Source of the DNA: Deltaproteobacteria bacterium
GTDB taxonomy: Bacteria > Desulfobacterota > Syntrophia > Syntrophales > UBA2192
Length of the DNA: 34,359 bases
Assembly: GCA_026388445.1 (NCBI GenBank)
Contig: JAPLJU010000247.1
Span: forward strand, 1 to 34,359
Direction: 5' to 3'
Shown: piece after piece, positions 17,792 through 25,832 of the stretch
Layout: each line of letters begins with the position of its first letter
Numbering within the stretch: the stretch's first letter is position 1
Notes under the pieces: model-generated
What the model saw: only the letters and a program-made list of their open reading frames with translations
The model's database searches: none
Told to the model about the DNA's origin: nothing
Program-made: the position numbers and the translations under genes

Positions 17792-19279
17792 CTAAATCGT
17801 TTCAAGAAGATCTTTATCTTCCTCTCCCGGTTCGATGATACCTTCGACAGCCAGAGAGATCTGCTTGGCTTTGTTCCTGAGAGCCACCCGACCCAGCACG
17901 GTCTCCTGCGTTTCCCTGGTTATCCGCTCTCGGAGATCTTTGTCTTTTGGAATGGGCAATATGACTTCGAAAATGCGCTTGCCCAGAGTATCAATCACAT
18001 CGCGAGTGAATTGCTTGGCACGCATCTGCCGCTTGACAATGGGACAGTTCAACAGAGATAACAAAAGATAGGGATCAAGCTGGTCTTTCTTCTTCACCCG
18101 TATTTTGTAGAGTCCACCACAATACAGAATGCGGGTATCATGCTCAGTCAGAATGCACGATGTTCCGACCAAGTAGGTGCCGTCGCGTACGACAAACAAG
18201 TCCTCGGCGCGCACGTCCAACTTGTCTTTAAACTCATCGTAGAGGTCTTCGCTGACGCTCTGCTTTGGATCAGCTTTGAGTTCCCAGTTGGAGAGGTCGG
18301 AGGTACGGATGAACGGCACTGGACCCGTCCCGTAGGCCATCTTGCCGACCTCGATGCCTGTATCAAATGCAAGCACGCCTTTCTTGACGAGGTCACTGAT
18401 CGAAATGAGATCATGGGTGGTAGCCAAGCCACGAAGTCCCTCATCCGCTACTGGATCGTAATACCGAGGAATGAAGATATTATATCGGACCTTGCCATAC
18501 CGGATGACAAAACCGGGGTTCCCGCTCAGCTCGAATTGGTCGTTATCTATGTCTGGGAGCTCTGCCGAAACGTTTTGTATGAGTCCCTGCGACCAGAGAG
18601 GTATCCGCCGTAACCGCTCTCGTAGAGCCACGCGATCGTGAACGACAGCCAAGACCGACCTTTCTATTTTTGAGCGAATTTCGGAATGTCTTGGAAGTGG
18701 CAGAATAAGTTCATGGTAACGGTTTCCGATCGTGTCAATAATATCTGCCGTGAACTGCTTGGCTCGAATCTGCCTACGTACTATCGGGGCACTTAGAAGT
18801 GCCAGGAGTAACGGGCTAGAGACCGGCGCATCGGCCGCGACTCTGAATTTCAGAATATGAGACTGATACAAGATTTTGGAGTCGGCCTCGGTTACGAGAC
18901 AGGTTGCACCTATGAGGTAGGTGCCGTCACGAACGAAGAGCAGGTCTCCACGCTGCACATCTTGCTTTGAAGCGTACTGCTCATATATGGTCTCGCTTAC
19001 ACCCTGTTTAGGATCAGCTTTGATCTCCCAATTCGAAATGTCGGACGTTCGAATGAACGGGATTGGCCCCGTGCCATAGGCCATTTTGCCTATTTCGTCA
19101 CCGGTGGCAGTCTGGATATGACCCCGGTGAATGAGTTCTCCGAGAAGTACTGGCTCATGGGTATGTCTGAGGTTGTCAAGATGGGTCTTAATCTCTGGGT
19201 TGTAGTATTTGGGGATAAGAACAGACCCACGAACCGCTGAGCTTTTTAAGAGAAACCCAAGGTGATTGTACACTGTCAT
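17792..19279 (-). CDS. hsdS: Type I R-M specificity (HsdS-like) subunit with two closely related target-recognition halves
   Basis: 495 aa with an internal duplication (GKMAYGTGPIPFIRTSDISNWEIKADPKQ / GKMAYGTGPVPFIRTSDLSNWELKADPKQ). HsdS-like GDLLFVRDGTYLIG / EDLFVVRDGTYLVG motifs and helical spacers are present. The start overlaps the methylase stop as ATGA. Confidence 0.7.
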   Translation of the reverse strand: MTVYNHLGFLLKSSAVRGSVLIPKYYNPEIKTHLDNLRHTHEPVLLGELIHRGHIQTATGDEIGKMAYGTGPIPFIRTSDISNWEIKADPKQGVSETIYEQYASKQDVQRGDLLFVRDGTYLIGATCLVTEADSKILYQSHILKFRVAADAPVSSPLLLALLSAPIVRRQIRAKQFTADIIDTIGNRYHELILPLPRHSEIRSKIERSVLAVVHDRVALRERLRRIPLWSQGLIQNVSAELPDIDNDQFELSGNPGFVIRYGKVRYNIFIPRYYDPVADEGLRGLATTHDLISISDLVKKGVLAFDTGIEVGKMAYGTGPVPFIRTSDLSNWELKADPKQSVSEDLYDEFKDKLDVRAEDLFVVRDGTYLVGTSCILTEHDTRILYCGGLYKIRVKKKDQLDPYLLLSLLNCPIVKRQMRAKQFTRDVIDTLGKRIFEVILPIPKDKDLRERITRETQETVLGRVALRNKAKQISLAVEGIIEPGEEDKDLLETI

Positions 19280-21123
19280 TTGCCACCCTTAACAATTTCC
19301 TTAAACCGCTCGGCAACCTTTGGTACATCATCGAGAAGGACTTCAACCCCCGAAGAATCCTTTCGAATTGTGGGGTTGCCGCGAGAATCGTGACCGCACC
19401 ACTTAACATCTGCCATAAAGATCACGTAGGCCTCACCTTCCTTCGGGACTGTCTTCTCAATAAAGACCACGCAAACTTTGGCATGGGTGCCGCCCTTACC
19501 ACTGGTCTTAAATAAAGCTTCAGGCATCGAGACAATGCCAAGAATTTTGGTCCGCTCGCGGAGAAACGTCACGACATATTCGTACGTGGGCATTCCAAAC
19601 ACAGCCTCGGGCAAGACAATCCCGAGACGTCCGCCAGGCTCAAGAAATTGCAGGCAACGTTCTAGGAAGAGGATTTGAGGCGGCTGGTCCTCGTGGAGCG
19701 TGTTTGTCTTTTCAACCTTGCCAGTCTTCTTGTCCTTTTTCCATTTGTATCCCAGTTCGTACTGCGCCAGCACGCGCTCCCCCTTGATCGGAATTTTCGT
19801 TCCGAAGGGAGGATTGGTTAGCACTACATTGAAAGAACCGATCTCGATGGTGTCTCGTGTAGCATGGTGCCAGTCCTTAGGAGGAAGCAGGCTATTCTCA
19901 CAGAAGACCCCGCCACGACCGTCACCGATGATCGCCATGTAGGCTTTGGTAACCTTTGCCAGAAAAGAGTCTTTGTCAATGCCTCGAAAACACTTACTCG
20001 CAATATCGCGCTTCTTCCGATCGAGCTGCACAGCGCTCCAAGCCTTCGCCTTGGACTGGACCTCCATTTTCTTCCAGACGTGCTCCAGTGCCATGATCAG
20101 GAAGCCACCGGAACCGCACGCGGGGTCAAGGATCATACCTCCCGGCTCTGGGTCTAAGATATCGATCATCATCTTGACGACGTTTCGGGGAGTAAAGAAC
20201 TGGCCCTCCCCACCGCGAAGGGCGGGGCCGATAAAGACCTCAAACGCATCACCGACCGCGTCCCGGGGCGCTTCCGTAATGCAATAGTTCTCTAGCTCGC
20301 CAACAACGTATACGAGGCTCTCGGCGTCTATCGTGATGGCGTCGGTCTTATCGAAGACATCGTTGAAATCCCCCTTTACCTTGTCATCAAAGAGGGCCAG
20401 TATCCGCTTCCTGACCTCACGTGGTGGCTCGTCAATCCCGGAACGGAAAGTGACGACATCATCGGCTCCGGTATTGATCTCGTCATAAATCTTACAGAAG
20501 AGGAGATTGATAATCTGTTGGGCCAAGGCCTCGTCGCGCGTGATGCCCGTGACGTTGCCGGCGAGGTGGTTACGAAGATCACGGAAGACGGCCTTTAGGT
20601 CTGAAGGAACTTTAAGGTCTTTCCTCTTGAAAAGGCCGATGTCCTCGATACGCTGGCCGTGGCGTGGTATGCTGGGAAGATCTTGGTAGGTGCGCCGCCC
20701 ATCCTTGTGGTAGACCTTTCTTAGATATGCGTGCTCAAGACCGTTGAACCAGACCCCAATCTCTGCTGCTGACATGTCCAGGTAGAGTTTGAGCTGCGCA
20801 AGGCCATCCTTGCGGTTTTTCTTTTTGCACTCAACAACCATGAACAGATCATCTTCGACCCGGCGGCTGTTTTTGAAAACGGCAATATCCACGGGGTAAG
20901 ATTTTTCCTCGTCCGATGGGCGCTTGCGGACACGGTATTGGGGCCGAGTCTGAATATGCGATTTCGGGTAGTCATAATCTTCAATCAGGCGTCGTGAAAA
21001 AATCTGGACAGCGTCGAGCTCTTCGGGGCTAGCCTTTACCCAGTGACCGGAGACAAAGTCCCGGATCTGCCCTTCTCGCTTTTCGGTCTCTTCCGCCTTC
21101 TCGAATTTCTTGACCATGGTCAC
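19276..21123 (-). CDS. hsdM: N6-adenine DNA methyltransferase (HsdM-like, gamma class) with an N-terminal HsdR_N/PD-(D/E)xK-like domain
   Basis: SAM motif ILDPACGSGGFL and catalytic VLTNPPFG. N-terminal ~140 aa carry YPVD79IAVF...FMVVE98CK100. The start is GTG 21123 (GTGA overlap with the radC stop) or ATG 21117. Confidence 0.85.
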   Translation of the reverse strand: MTMVKKFEKAEETEKREGQIRDFVSGHWVKASPEELDAVQIFSRRLIEDYDYPKSHIQTRPQYRVRKRPSDEEKSYPVDIAVFKNSRRVEDDLFMVVECKKKNRKDGLAQLKLYLDMSAAEIGVWFNGLEHAYLRKVYHKDGRRTYQDLPSIPRHGQRIEDIGLFKRKDLKVPSDLKAVFRDLRNHLAGNVTGITRDEALAQQIINLLFCKIYDEINTGADDVVTFRSGIDEPPREVRKRILALFDDKVKGDFNDVFDKTDAITIDAESLVYVVGELENYCITEAPRDAVGDAFEVFIGPALRGGEGQFFTPRNVVKMMIDILDPEPGGMILDPACGSGGFLIMALEHVWKKMEVQSKAKAWSAVQLDRKKRDIASKCFRGIDKDSFLAKVTKAYMAIIGDGRGGVFCENSLLPPKDWHHATRDTIEIGSFNVVLTNPPFGTKIPIKGERVLAQYELGYKWKKDKKTGKVEKTNTLHEDQPPQILFLERCLQFLEPGGRLGIVLPEAVFGMPTYEYVVTFLRERTKILGIVSMPEALFKTSGKGGTHAKVCVVFIEKTVPKEGEAYVIFMADVKWCGHDSRGNPTIRKDSSGVEVLLDDVPKVAERFKEIVKGGK

Positions 21124-21872
21124 GAAGTGTCCCTCGAATCAAAGTCCTTATCGTATTGTTCGATTATCCCGGTGTCAGCGAAGCTGAACTTCTCATTATC
21201 TCCAATAATGATGTGGTCATGAACCTTCATGCCCATGAGCCGGCATGCAAAAACAAGATCCCGCGTAATCTTTTTGTCATCCTCGCTGGGCTGTGCGGCT
21301 CCGGATGGATGATTGTGAACAAACACGAGCGCAGCGGCGGAATGTCGAAGGGCAACCTTGACCACCTCTCGCGGATAAATTCGAGCGGTCGTCAGCGTTC
21401 CCTTTGCGATTTCCTCGATTCTCAAGACATGGTTTTGCCCATTCAGGAGAAGGACCTTGAAGGCCTCTTGGTCCAAGTCGCGCATTTCTTGATAGAGAAG
21501 CTTAAGAATATCGCCCGAAGACTCCACATAGGGACGATTCTGAAACCCTTCAGCAAGGTAACGTTTGCTCAACTCGATCACTGCCTTAAATTGAGCGATC
21601 TTGGCCCGACCTACACCGAGCACACTTTCCAATTCCTCTAGGGGTGCTACGTAGAGTTCTCGTAAAGAGCCAAATCGAGAAAGAAGCTCCTGAGCCAAGC
21701 CAATGGCAGTCTTACCCTTTACACCTACTCGAAGAAAGATAGCGAGAAGTTCAGCGTTCGAAAGGGATTCCGGTCCCTTAAGAAGTAATTTCTCCCGTGG
21801 GCGTTCTTCAACAGGCCAGTTTGCTATGGCTTGAGGATATTTCTTTCTCCTTATGTTTTCAGATAGGCTCAT
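21120..21872 (-). CDS. radC: RadC-like JAB/MPN domain protein
   Basis: ERPREKLLLKGPESLSNAELLAIFLRVG (HhH region) and the JAMM motif FVHNHPSGAAQPSEDD. ATG 21872 overlaps the upstream stop as ATGA. The track start at 21911 is less likely. Confidence 0.85.
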   Translation of the reverse strand: MSLSENIRRKKYPQAIANWPVEERPREKLLLKGPESLSNAELLAIFLRVGVKGKTAIGLAQELLSRFGSLRELYVAPLEELESVLGVGRAKIAQFKAVIELSKRYLAEGFQNRPYVESSGDILKLLYQEMRDLDQEAFKVLLLNGQNHVLRIEEIAKGTLTTARIYPREVVKVALRHSAAALVFVHNHPSGAAQPSEDDKKITRDLVFACRLMGMKVHDHIIIGDNEKFSFADTGIIEQYDKDFDSRDTS

Positions 21873-22060
21873 CTTTTCGCTTGCTTCCGTGGTCGTTGGG
21901 CCTTTGCCCATTCTTCAACCTCTTCCCTGTTAAACCGCCATTGGTTGCCGATCTTCGACACAGGGATTTTCCCTTGTTGCGCCCACTTGTAGATAAGGTC
22001 CTTGCTGATCTGAAGGTATGCAGCAACCTCTTTTACCTTCATCCACCTGTTTTCCAACAC
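21869..22060 (-). CDS. Excisionase/MerR-type helix-turn-helix DNA-binding protein
   Basis: MKVKEVAAYLQISKDLIYKWAQQGKIPVSKIGNQWRFNREEVEEWA matches the excisionase-family HTH pattern. GTG 22060 has GGGAGG 4 nt upstream. ATG 22042 is an alternative start. Confidence 0.75.
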   Translation of the reverse strand: MLENRWMKVKEVAAYLQISKDLIYKWAQQGKIPVSKIGNQWRFNREEVEEWAKAQRPRKQAKR

Positions 22061-22103
22061 CAGTCCTCCCAGATTTCCAGGGATTCAGAAGAATTCAAGT
22101 GAG

Positions 22104-22132
22104 ATCATAATGAATCCTGCATAAGATGTCAA
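22104..22132 (-). promoter_or_regulatory. Near-consensus sigma70 promoter for the island operon
   Basis: On the minus strand: TTGACA (22132-22127), a 17-nt spacer, then TATGAT (22109-22104). It lies ~44 nt upstream of the HTH start. A 7-bp inverted repeat, GGATTCA (22081-22087) / TGAATCC (22111-22117), brackets the -10 and TSS region. Confidence 0.6.
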
Positions 22133-22233
22133 ATGTTTTGTCATCGAAGGGGGCGATAGGAGAGGTCCATTGATTTTATTTCAGGGGGAGGGGGAGTCCC
22201 CCAAGCCTGGGGGACGGAAGCTGTGCTGGCGGA

Positions 22234-22536
22234 GTGAACGGCGGAGGCGTGCCCAAGAACTTCGCCCAGGACACCGTCATCTGCGCGGAGATCCTCGGAA
22301 TCGATGCTCCCATGCACAAATACGCCATCCAGATCACGGTGGCCGATGTCAGGGACGGGGCCTGCTCGAGTTCGACCTTGAAAGAGGCCTCCTCCTGGGG
22401 CAAGGTGGACAGCATTTACGAGCAGATGCTCTTTGCCGAGGCCACCTCGGTGTTGCCGCTCCTCGCAAGCCATGCCTGTCACGGCGGGCGCTGGAAGAAG
22501 AGGAAGAAATGGAGATTCGCAAAGCTTTTCGATTGA
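22234..22536 (+). pseudogene. 3' remnant (~100 codons) of a deoxyhypusine synthase-like gene
   Basis: GGGVPKNFAQDTVICAEILG...HKYAIQITVADVRDGACSSSTLKEASSWGKVD...LFAEATSVLPLL matches the C-terminal part of DHS-family proteins, which are normally >300 aa. The frame is closed just upstream. Confidence 0.65.
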
Positions 22537-22567
22537 TCCGGAGGACCGGGGAGATTTAATAAATGAT

Positions 22568-22603
22568 GGGGACAGGTTATTTATCAGCCTGTCTCCTTTT
22601 TTT
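22568..22603 (+). terminator. Rho-independent terminator behind the DHS remnant
   Basis: GGGGACAGG-N11-CCTGTCTCC forms a 9-bp stem with one G.U pair and is followed by TTTTTTT. Confidence 0.7.
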
Positions 22604-22824
22604 AACTGATATCTTTGTCGATTTGGAATCACAGGGACCGTCCTGTAAATCGGGCCTGATGATCACGCCTTCTCTGCGATATTCCTTTCGTAATACCCCG
22701 GTCATAACAAAATACGAATGAAAATACGACGATCTACCGATTGATTTTCCCACTTACATGTGCGAAATGAAACGCAAGAAACATATGCAGTTTATAAAAT
22801 ACGTATTACTAAATAATGAATTAA

Positions 22825-23214
22825 ATGAATATGTTAATCGATAAAAAAGGCTTCACCCTGATCGAGATTATGGCTGTTCTGGCGATTTTAGGCATCATTG
22901 CGGCCATAGCCCTGCCAAGATACTTCGATCTTATCGAGGATTCAAGACTTAAAGCGGTCCAGTCGGCGCTCGCAGAGGGGCGCGCCCGTGTGACTTCATG
23001 GGGAAGCCTGCAATACCTGCATAACGGCATCTGGCCTACCGTCGATGAATACTTGGCAGCCGCCGATACCATCGGAAAGGACGGAGGGGATTTTCATTTT
23101 TCTTACAAGAGAGTTGATGAAAAAACCCTTAAAATAAAGGCCGATGGGAGGGAAGGAACGATCCTCTACGACGTCGATGAGTCCGTTCACGTTGCCATCC
23201 CCGGAAGCAGTTAA
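22825..23214 (+). CDS. Type IV pilin-like protein, copy 2
   Basis: MNMLIDKKG|FTLIEIMAVLAILGIIAAIALPRYF. It is a paralog of 12797-13186, with about two dozen amino-acid differences counted by eye, mostly in the leader and C-terminal half. Confidence 0.8.
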   Translation: MNMLIDKKGFTLIEIMAVLAILGIIAAIALPRYFDLIEDSRLKAVQSALAEGRARVTSWGSLQYLHNGIWPTVDEYLAAADTIGKDGGDFHFSYKRVDEKTLKIKADGREGTILYDVDESVHVAIPGSS

Positions 23215-23388
23215 GGGGAGAGAAGAAACTCCCGGATGAGAGCGAAAAGAAGAAGGCTCTTTACATCATAAAAGAACTCCGTGTCTCGATCGAAAACAGG
23301 GCGTTTACTTTTCATGTCCCAGTATGATGAGATGAATGGTCACGGGGGTGGTATAGGAAGCTGTCGAAGACGGACCGTCCACGGAAAA

Positions 23389-23423
23389 GGGGGTAGACTA
23401 AACAACAGCCTGCCCCCTTTTTT
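23389..23423 (+). terminator. Rho-independent terminator of pilin copy 2
   Basis: GGGGGTAG-N13-CTGCCCCC forms an 8-bp stem with one G.U pair and is followed by TTTTTT. Confidence 0.7.
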
Positions 23424-23443
23424 ACCAGGAAGCCGGGAAAAAA

Positions 23444-23519
<76 letters not shown>

Positions 23520-23694
23520 ACGTCAATTTTGACTTCGAAATATAACATGCCGATTTCGTCTGTCAAGGGCTGATTCGTCATACATCCCTTCAGAATATCC
23601 TGTGATAACCGATAAGATTAAGATGTGGGGGTGTTCATATCCACCGCGCATGTTCTCGCACTTTTTGACGCGTCCTTACCCATATGCCGTGAAG

Positions 23695-23710
23695 GGGCAC
23701 AAAATTTGCA
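23695..23710 (+). promoter_or_regulatory. Candidate sigma54 (-24/-12) promoter upstream of pilT
   Basis: GGGCAC-AAAAT-TTGCA compared with the consensus TGGCAC-N5-TTGCA. It sits ~42 nt upstream of the pilT ATG. Confidence 0.45.
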
Positions 23711-23751
23711 CTTAATTCCTGATATTAAAGTGGCACACAGGGAGATGCAAC

Positions 23752-24825
23752 ATGGCGAAATTAGACCATCTTTTTAGACTGATGCATGAACGCAACGCCT
23801 CGGACCTCCATCTTTTTACCGGAAACGAGCCGGCACTGAGAATCCGGGGTGACATGATAAGGATCTCCAGCGAGGTCCTGACAAATGAGAAATTGAAGGA
23901 GATGCTCTACGAGATTATAACACCCGACAAGATCCGCTTTTTTGAACAGACGGGGGATCTGGACTTCGGTTATGAGCTGGACGGATTGGCCCGTTACCGC
24001 TGTAACTACTTCATGCAGAAAAACGGTCACGGGGCGGTCTTCAGGGAGATCCCGAGTACCATTCTCTCCGTCGACCACCTGGGACTTCCGCAGGTGCTGA
24101 AACAGCTTGTCATGCTCCCGAGGGGGCTTGTTCTCTGCACGGGTCCAACGGGAAGCGGCAAATCGACGACACTGGCTGCTATGATCGAGCACGCCAATCA
24201 GAACCGAAAAGGTCATGTGATCACCATCGAGGACCCCATCGAATTCGTCCACCAGGGAAAGCAGTGCATCATCAACCACCGGGAAGTGGGCACCCACACC
24301 CAATCCTTTGCCATGGCCCTGAGGGCGGCACTTCGCGAAAATCCCGATATCATTCTCGTCGGGGAGATGCGCGACCTCGAGACGACAGAACTTGCCATCG
24401 AGGCAGCCAACACAGGACACCTTGTCCTTTCCACCGTGCACACCATGGGGGCCACTCGAACGATCGACCGAATCGTGGACATGTTCCCCGCCGCCCAGCA
24501 GGCGCAGATCCGCACCTCGCTCTCCGAGTCTTTAAAGGCCGTTATTTCTCAGGCCCTCTTCAAAAGGACGGACACCATGGGCCGTGTGGCCGCGCTGGAG
24601 ATCCTCCTGGTCACGCATGCGGCGGCAAACCTGATCAGGGAAGAGAAGACCTATCAGCTTCTAACGGTTATTCAGACGGGAAGAAGGCTTGGTATGGTAT
24701 CCATGGACGACTCCATTATGGAGCTTCTCCAGAGAAGGTGGATCAGTGTGGAGGAGGGCTACGATAAGTGTGTCGATAAAGACCGCTTCTGCAAGCTCCT
24801 CAAGTACACCCCCCCCGAGTGGTAA
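23752..24825 (+). CDS. pilT: Type IV pilus retraction ATPase PilT
   Basis: 357 aa with ASDLHL, Walker A GPTGSGKSTT, ITIEDPIEF, Walker B ILVGEMRD and the His box TGHLVLSTVHT. Confidence 0.9.
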   Translation: MAKLDHLFRLMHERNASDLHLFTGNEPALRIRGDMIRISSEVLTNEKLKEMLYEIITPDKIRFFEQTGDLDFGYELDGLARYRCNYFMQKNGHGAVFREIPSTILSVDHLGLPQVLKQLVMLPRGLVLCTGPTGSGKSTTLAAMIEHANQNRKGHVITIEDPIEFVHQGKQCIINHREVGTHTQSFAMALRAALRENPDIILVGEMRDLETTELAIEAANTGHLVLSTVHTMGATRTIDRIVDMFPAAQQAQIRTSLSESLKAVISQALFKRTDTMGRVAALEILLVTHAAANLIREEKTYQLLTVIQTGRRLGMVSMDDSIMELLQRRWISVEEGYDKCVDKDRFCKLLKYTPPEW

Positions 24826-25756
24826 GTTTTTTCAGAATGTCTTCGGCCAGCTCCGGAAGCCCCGCCTGCGCGTACGCCTCGGCCAGGTGCAGGGCATAAA
24901 AGGGGGTTCCAGGCTCTTTCTCGACGGCCCTCTTGAAGACCTCTATCGCTTCGCGGAATTTATTTTCCCTGAGGAGGGATTTCCCGAAACGATTCAGATA
25001 GGCCGCTGCGGAGGAAGAACCTTTCCTCACCGCCTCATCGTATACTGCGGCGGCCTCTTCGATTCTCCCCATTTTGACGAGAGCATCCCCGAGATCACAG
25101 AAGTAGAGCGATTCACCCGGATTCCTTTTGATGGCGTCCCTGAAGGCCGATTCGGCCTTTTCATGGTAACCGTAATGGCTCAGGGCGACCCCCATTTTAT
25201 GGTGAACCAGCGCAGCGCTTTCCGGATCGATGGTGATGCTTTTTTCATAGGCCTCCCGGGCGCGGTCGAGATCTCCCGCCGCGATGAAGGCGAGACCCAG
25301 GTGGGAAAAATAAAGTGTAGAGTCAGGATCCATCCCGGTGAGGCTTGAAAAAATTTCAATGGCCTTCCCCGCCTGGCCGGCCCGGATGTAGGCATCTCCA
25401 AGCGTGAAAAGAAGCGCCGGGTCTTCGGGCTGTGCGTTCACCGCCCTTTCACAGACATCAACGAACCTGCTGTGCTGCCCCTCCTGCCTGAAGATCCTGA
25501 CAAGCTCATCGTAGGCAAAGCCCGTGAAAACCTTCCTCTTCAGTTCCTTTTCCAGAAGACCCTCCAGACATTCAATGGCATCCTCCAGTTTTCCGGCGTC
25601 CTTAAACGCCAGGGCCAGACGAAAAACATAGGAATCCTCGCCCGGGTGCTGCGCCGCGAGCTTTTTAAACAGATCGATCGCCTCCTCGTGACGTCCCTCT
25701 TTCATGTACCGCTCAGCGAGTATTTCGAATCGGTCTGATGCACCGGAATCATCCAT
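24800..25756 (-). CDS. Tetratricopeptide repeat protein
   Basis: 318 aa of repeated A..Y...G......A...F..A....P units. It converges on pilT with a 26-nt 3' overlap. Confidence 0.75.
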   Translation of the reverse strand: MDDSGASDRFEILAERYMKEGRHEEAIDLFKKLAAQHPGEDSYVFRLALAFKDAGKLEDAIECLEGLLEKELKRKVFTGFAYDELVRIFRQEGQHSRFVDVCERAVNAQPEDPALLFTLGDAYIRAGQAGKAIEIFSSLTGMDPDSTLYFSHLGLAFIAAGDLDRAREAYEKSITIDPESAALVHHKMGVALSHYGYHEKAESAFRDAIKRNPGESLYFCDLGDALVKMGRIEEAAAVYDEAVRKGSSSAAAYLNRFGKSLLRENKFREAIEVFKRAVEKEPGTPFYALHLAEAYAQAGLPELAEDILKKLTTRGGCT

Positions 25757-25832
25757 GGTTTATCCGAACCTCCCGTAACTTCCAGCGGTCTATATCCCCA
25801 AAAAGGATTTCCCGCAATCCCGAAAATGAGCC

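Larger units (their letters stand above)
13436..23443. mobile_element. Putative tRNA-Ala-associated genomic (defence) island, apparently immobilised because no integrase is present
   Basis: It is bounded by the tRNA 3' fragment on the left and the intact tRNA-Ala on the right. The operon inside looks lower in GC by eye. It has an excisionase-like HTH and foreign remnants (a truncated DHS gene and a second pilin copy). Confidence 0.55.

Noticed and set aside
22141-22632. 163-aa minus-strand ORF and 129-aa plus-strand ORF (22170-22559) over the DHS remnant
   Set aside because: Only the 22234-22536 frame gives a family-like translation (DHS C-terminus). The others are alternative frames of the same GC-rich fragment. 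The minus ORF would also run across a plus-strand terminator.
13436-23443. Search for an integrase, transposase or CRISPR array inside or next to the island
   Set aside because: No ORF shows tyrosine/serine recombinase or DDE motifs, and no short regularly spaced repeats are present. The island is therefore called only a putative, probably immobilised element.
23731-23751. Second TGGCAC hexamer just upstream of the pilT ATG as another sigma54 site
   Set aside because: The downstream GC element is at the wrong spacing (TGGCAC-N8-ATGCA), and the site overlaps the RBS AGGGAG. Only the 23695-23710 element fits the -24/-12 geometry.
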